DNA of 64,000 bases from Octopus sinensis (taxonomy: Eukaryota). The stretch spans positions 29,648,464 through 29,712,463 of the forward strand of contig NC_043011.1 in assembly GCF_006345805.1 (NCBI RefSeq). The letters are read 5' to 3'. This document shows, in pieces, positions 63,746-64,000 of this stretch (positions within the stretch are counted from its first letter, which is position 1; each line of letters starts with the position of its first letter). The notes beneath the pieces were generated by a model. That model was given only the letters and a program-made list of their open reading frames with translations. It was not told where the DNA came from and made no database searches. A program made the translations under genes and the position numbers.

Positions 63746-64000
63746 ATTATATTATTTGATAGTAAAACAAGTTCTATCACAATTTTAATGGTTTCAGTAT
63801 TTTAGCCAGAAGCAAAGGTCAGTGCACATAATCCTTTGCAGATAGTGGTTTGGGGCAGTAAGGAAGTACTTGGCTCTGATGCTTGCAGCATAATAAACTC
63901 AACTAAAGGCATCCAAGACTCTGGTGTTAATTATGGTGACAAATTGATGTCAGCCACCCAAGAAGGCTAAAGCTGATTTTAAACTTAGAATGTAAAGAGC

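Noticed and set aside
724-63788. Most ORFs in the supplied track ([12 protein letters not shown], poly-H/T/G/P/I/M, and the recurring 'WPEAIVEDTCPRCHAVGLNPEPCGW' peptide)
   Set aside because: They are translations of microsatellites or of the family-1 SINE, with no splice or homology logic.

Overview
AT-rich, microsatellite-saturated animal genomic DNA. The repeat families and the density of (TA)/(CA)/(TACA) tracts point to a coleoid cephalopod, most likely Octopus (inference, not database-checked). Most of the window is intronic or intergenic and filled with tRNA-derived SINEs (at least three heads with swapped tails), 5'-truncated LINEs (CR1, RTE, R4/Dong-like, HERO-like, Penelope-like), Tc1/mariner remnants, MITEs (pogo, hAT, piggyBac-like, Tc1) and two non-autonomous Helitrons, often nested. 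Most ORFs in the supplied track are translated microsatellites. Manual splice-site and phase tracing finds short minus-strand exons. These give (A) a phase-consistent multi-exon gene of unrecognised product running from about 57.8 kb or 51.0 kb down to a stop at 37641, (B) the last two exons of an upstream gene at 61041-59709, and (C) weaker candidate exons at 18.8, 18.1, 14.2 and 0.47 kb. I found no CRISPR array, rRNA or real tRNA gene, and no clearly new biological system. The best leads are the unrecognised gene A, inverted SINE pairs bracketing its exons, a triple-C2H2 LINE-like tail, structured 66-nt repeats and modular SINE tail exchange. Many repeat boundaries are approximate.
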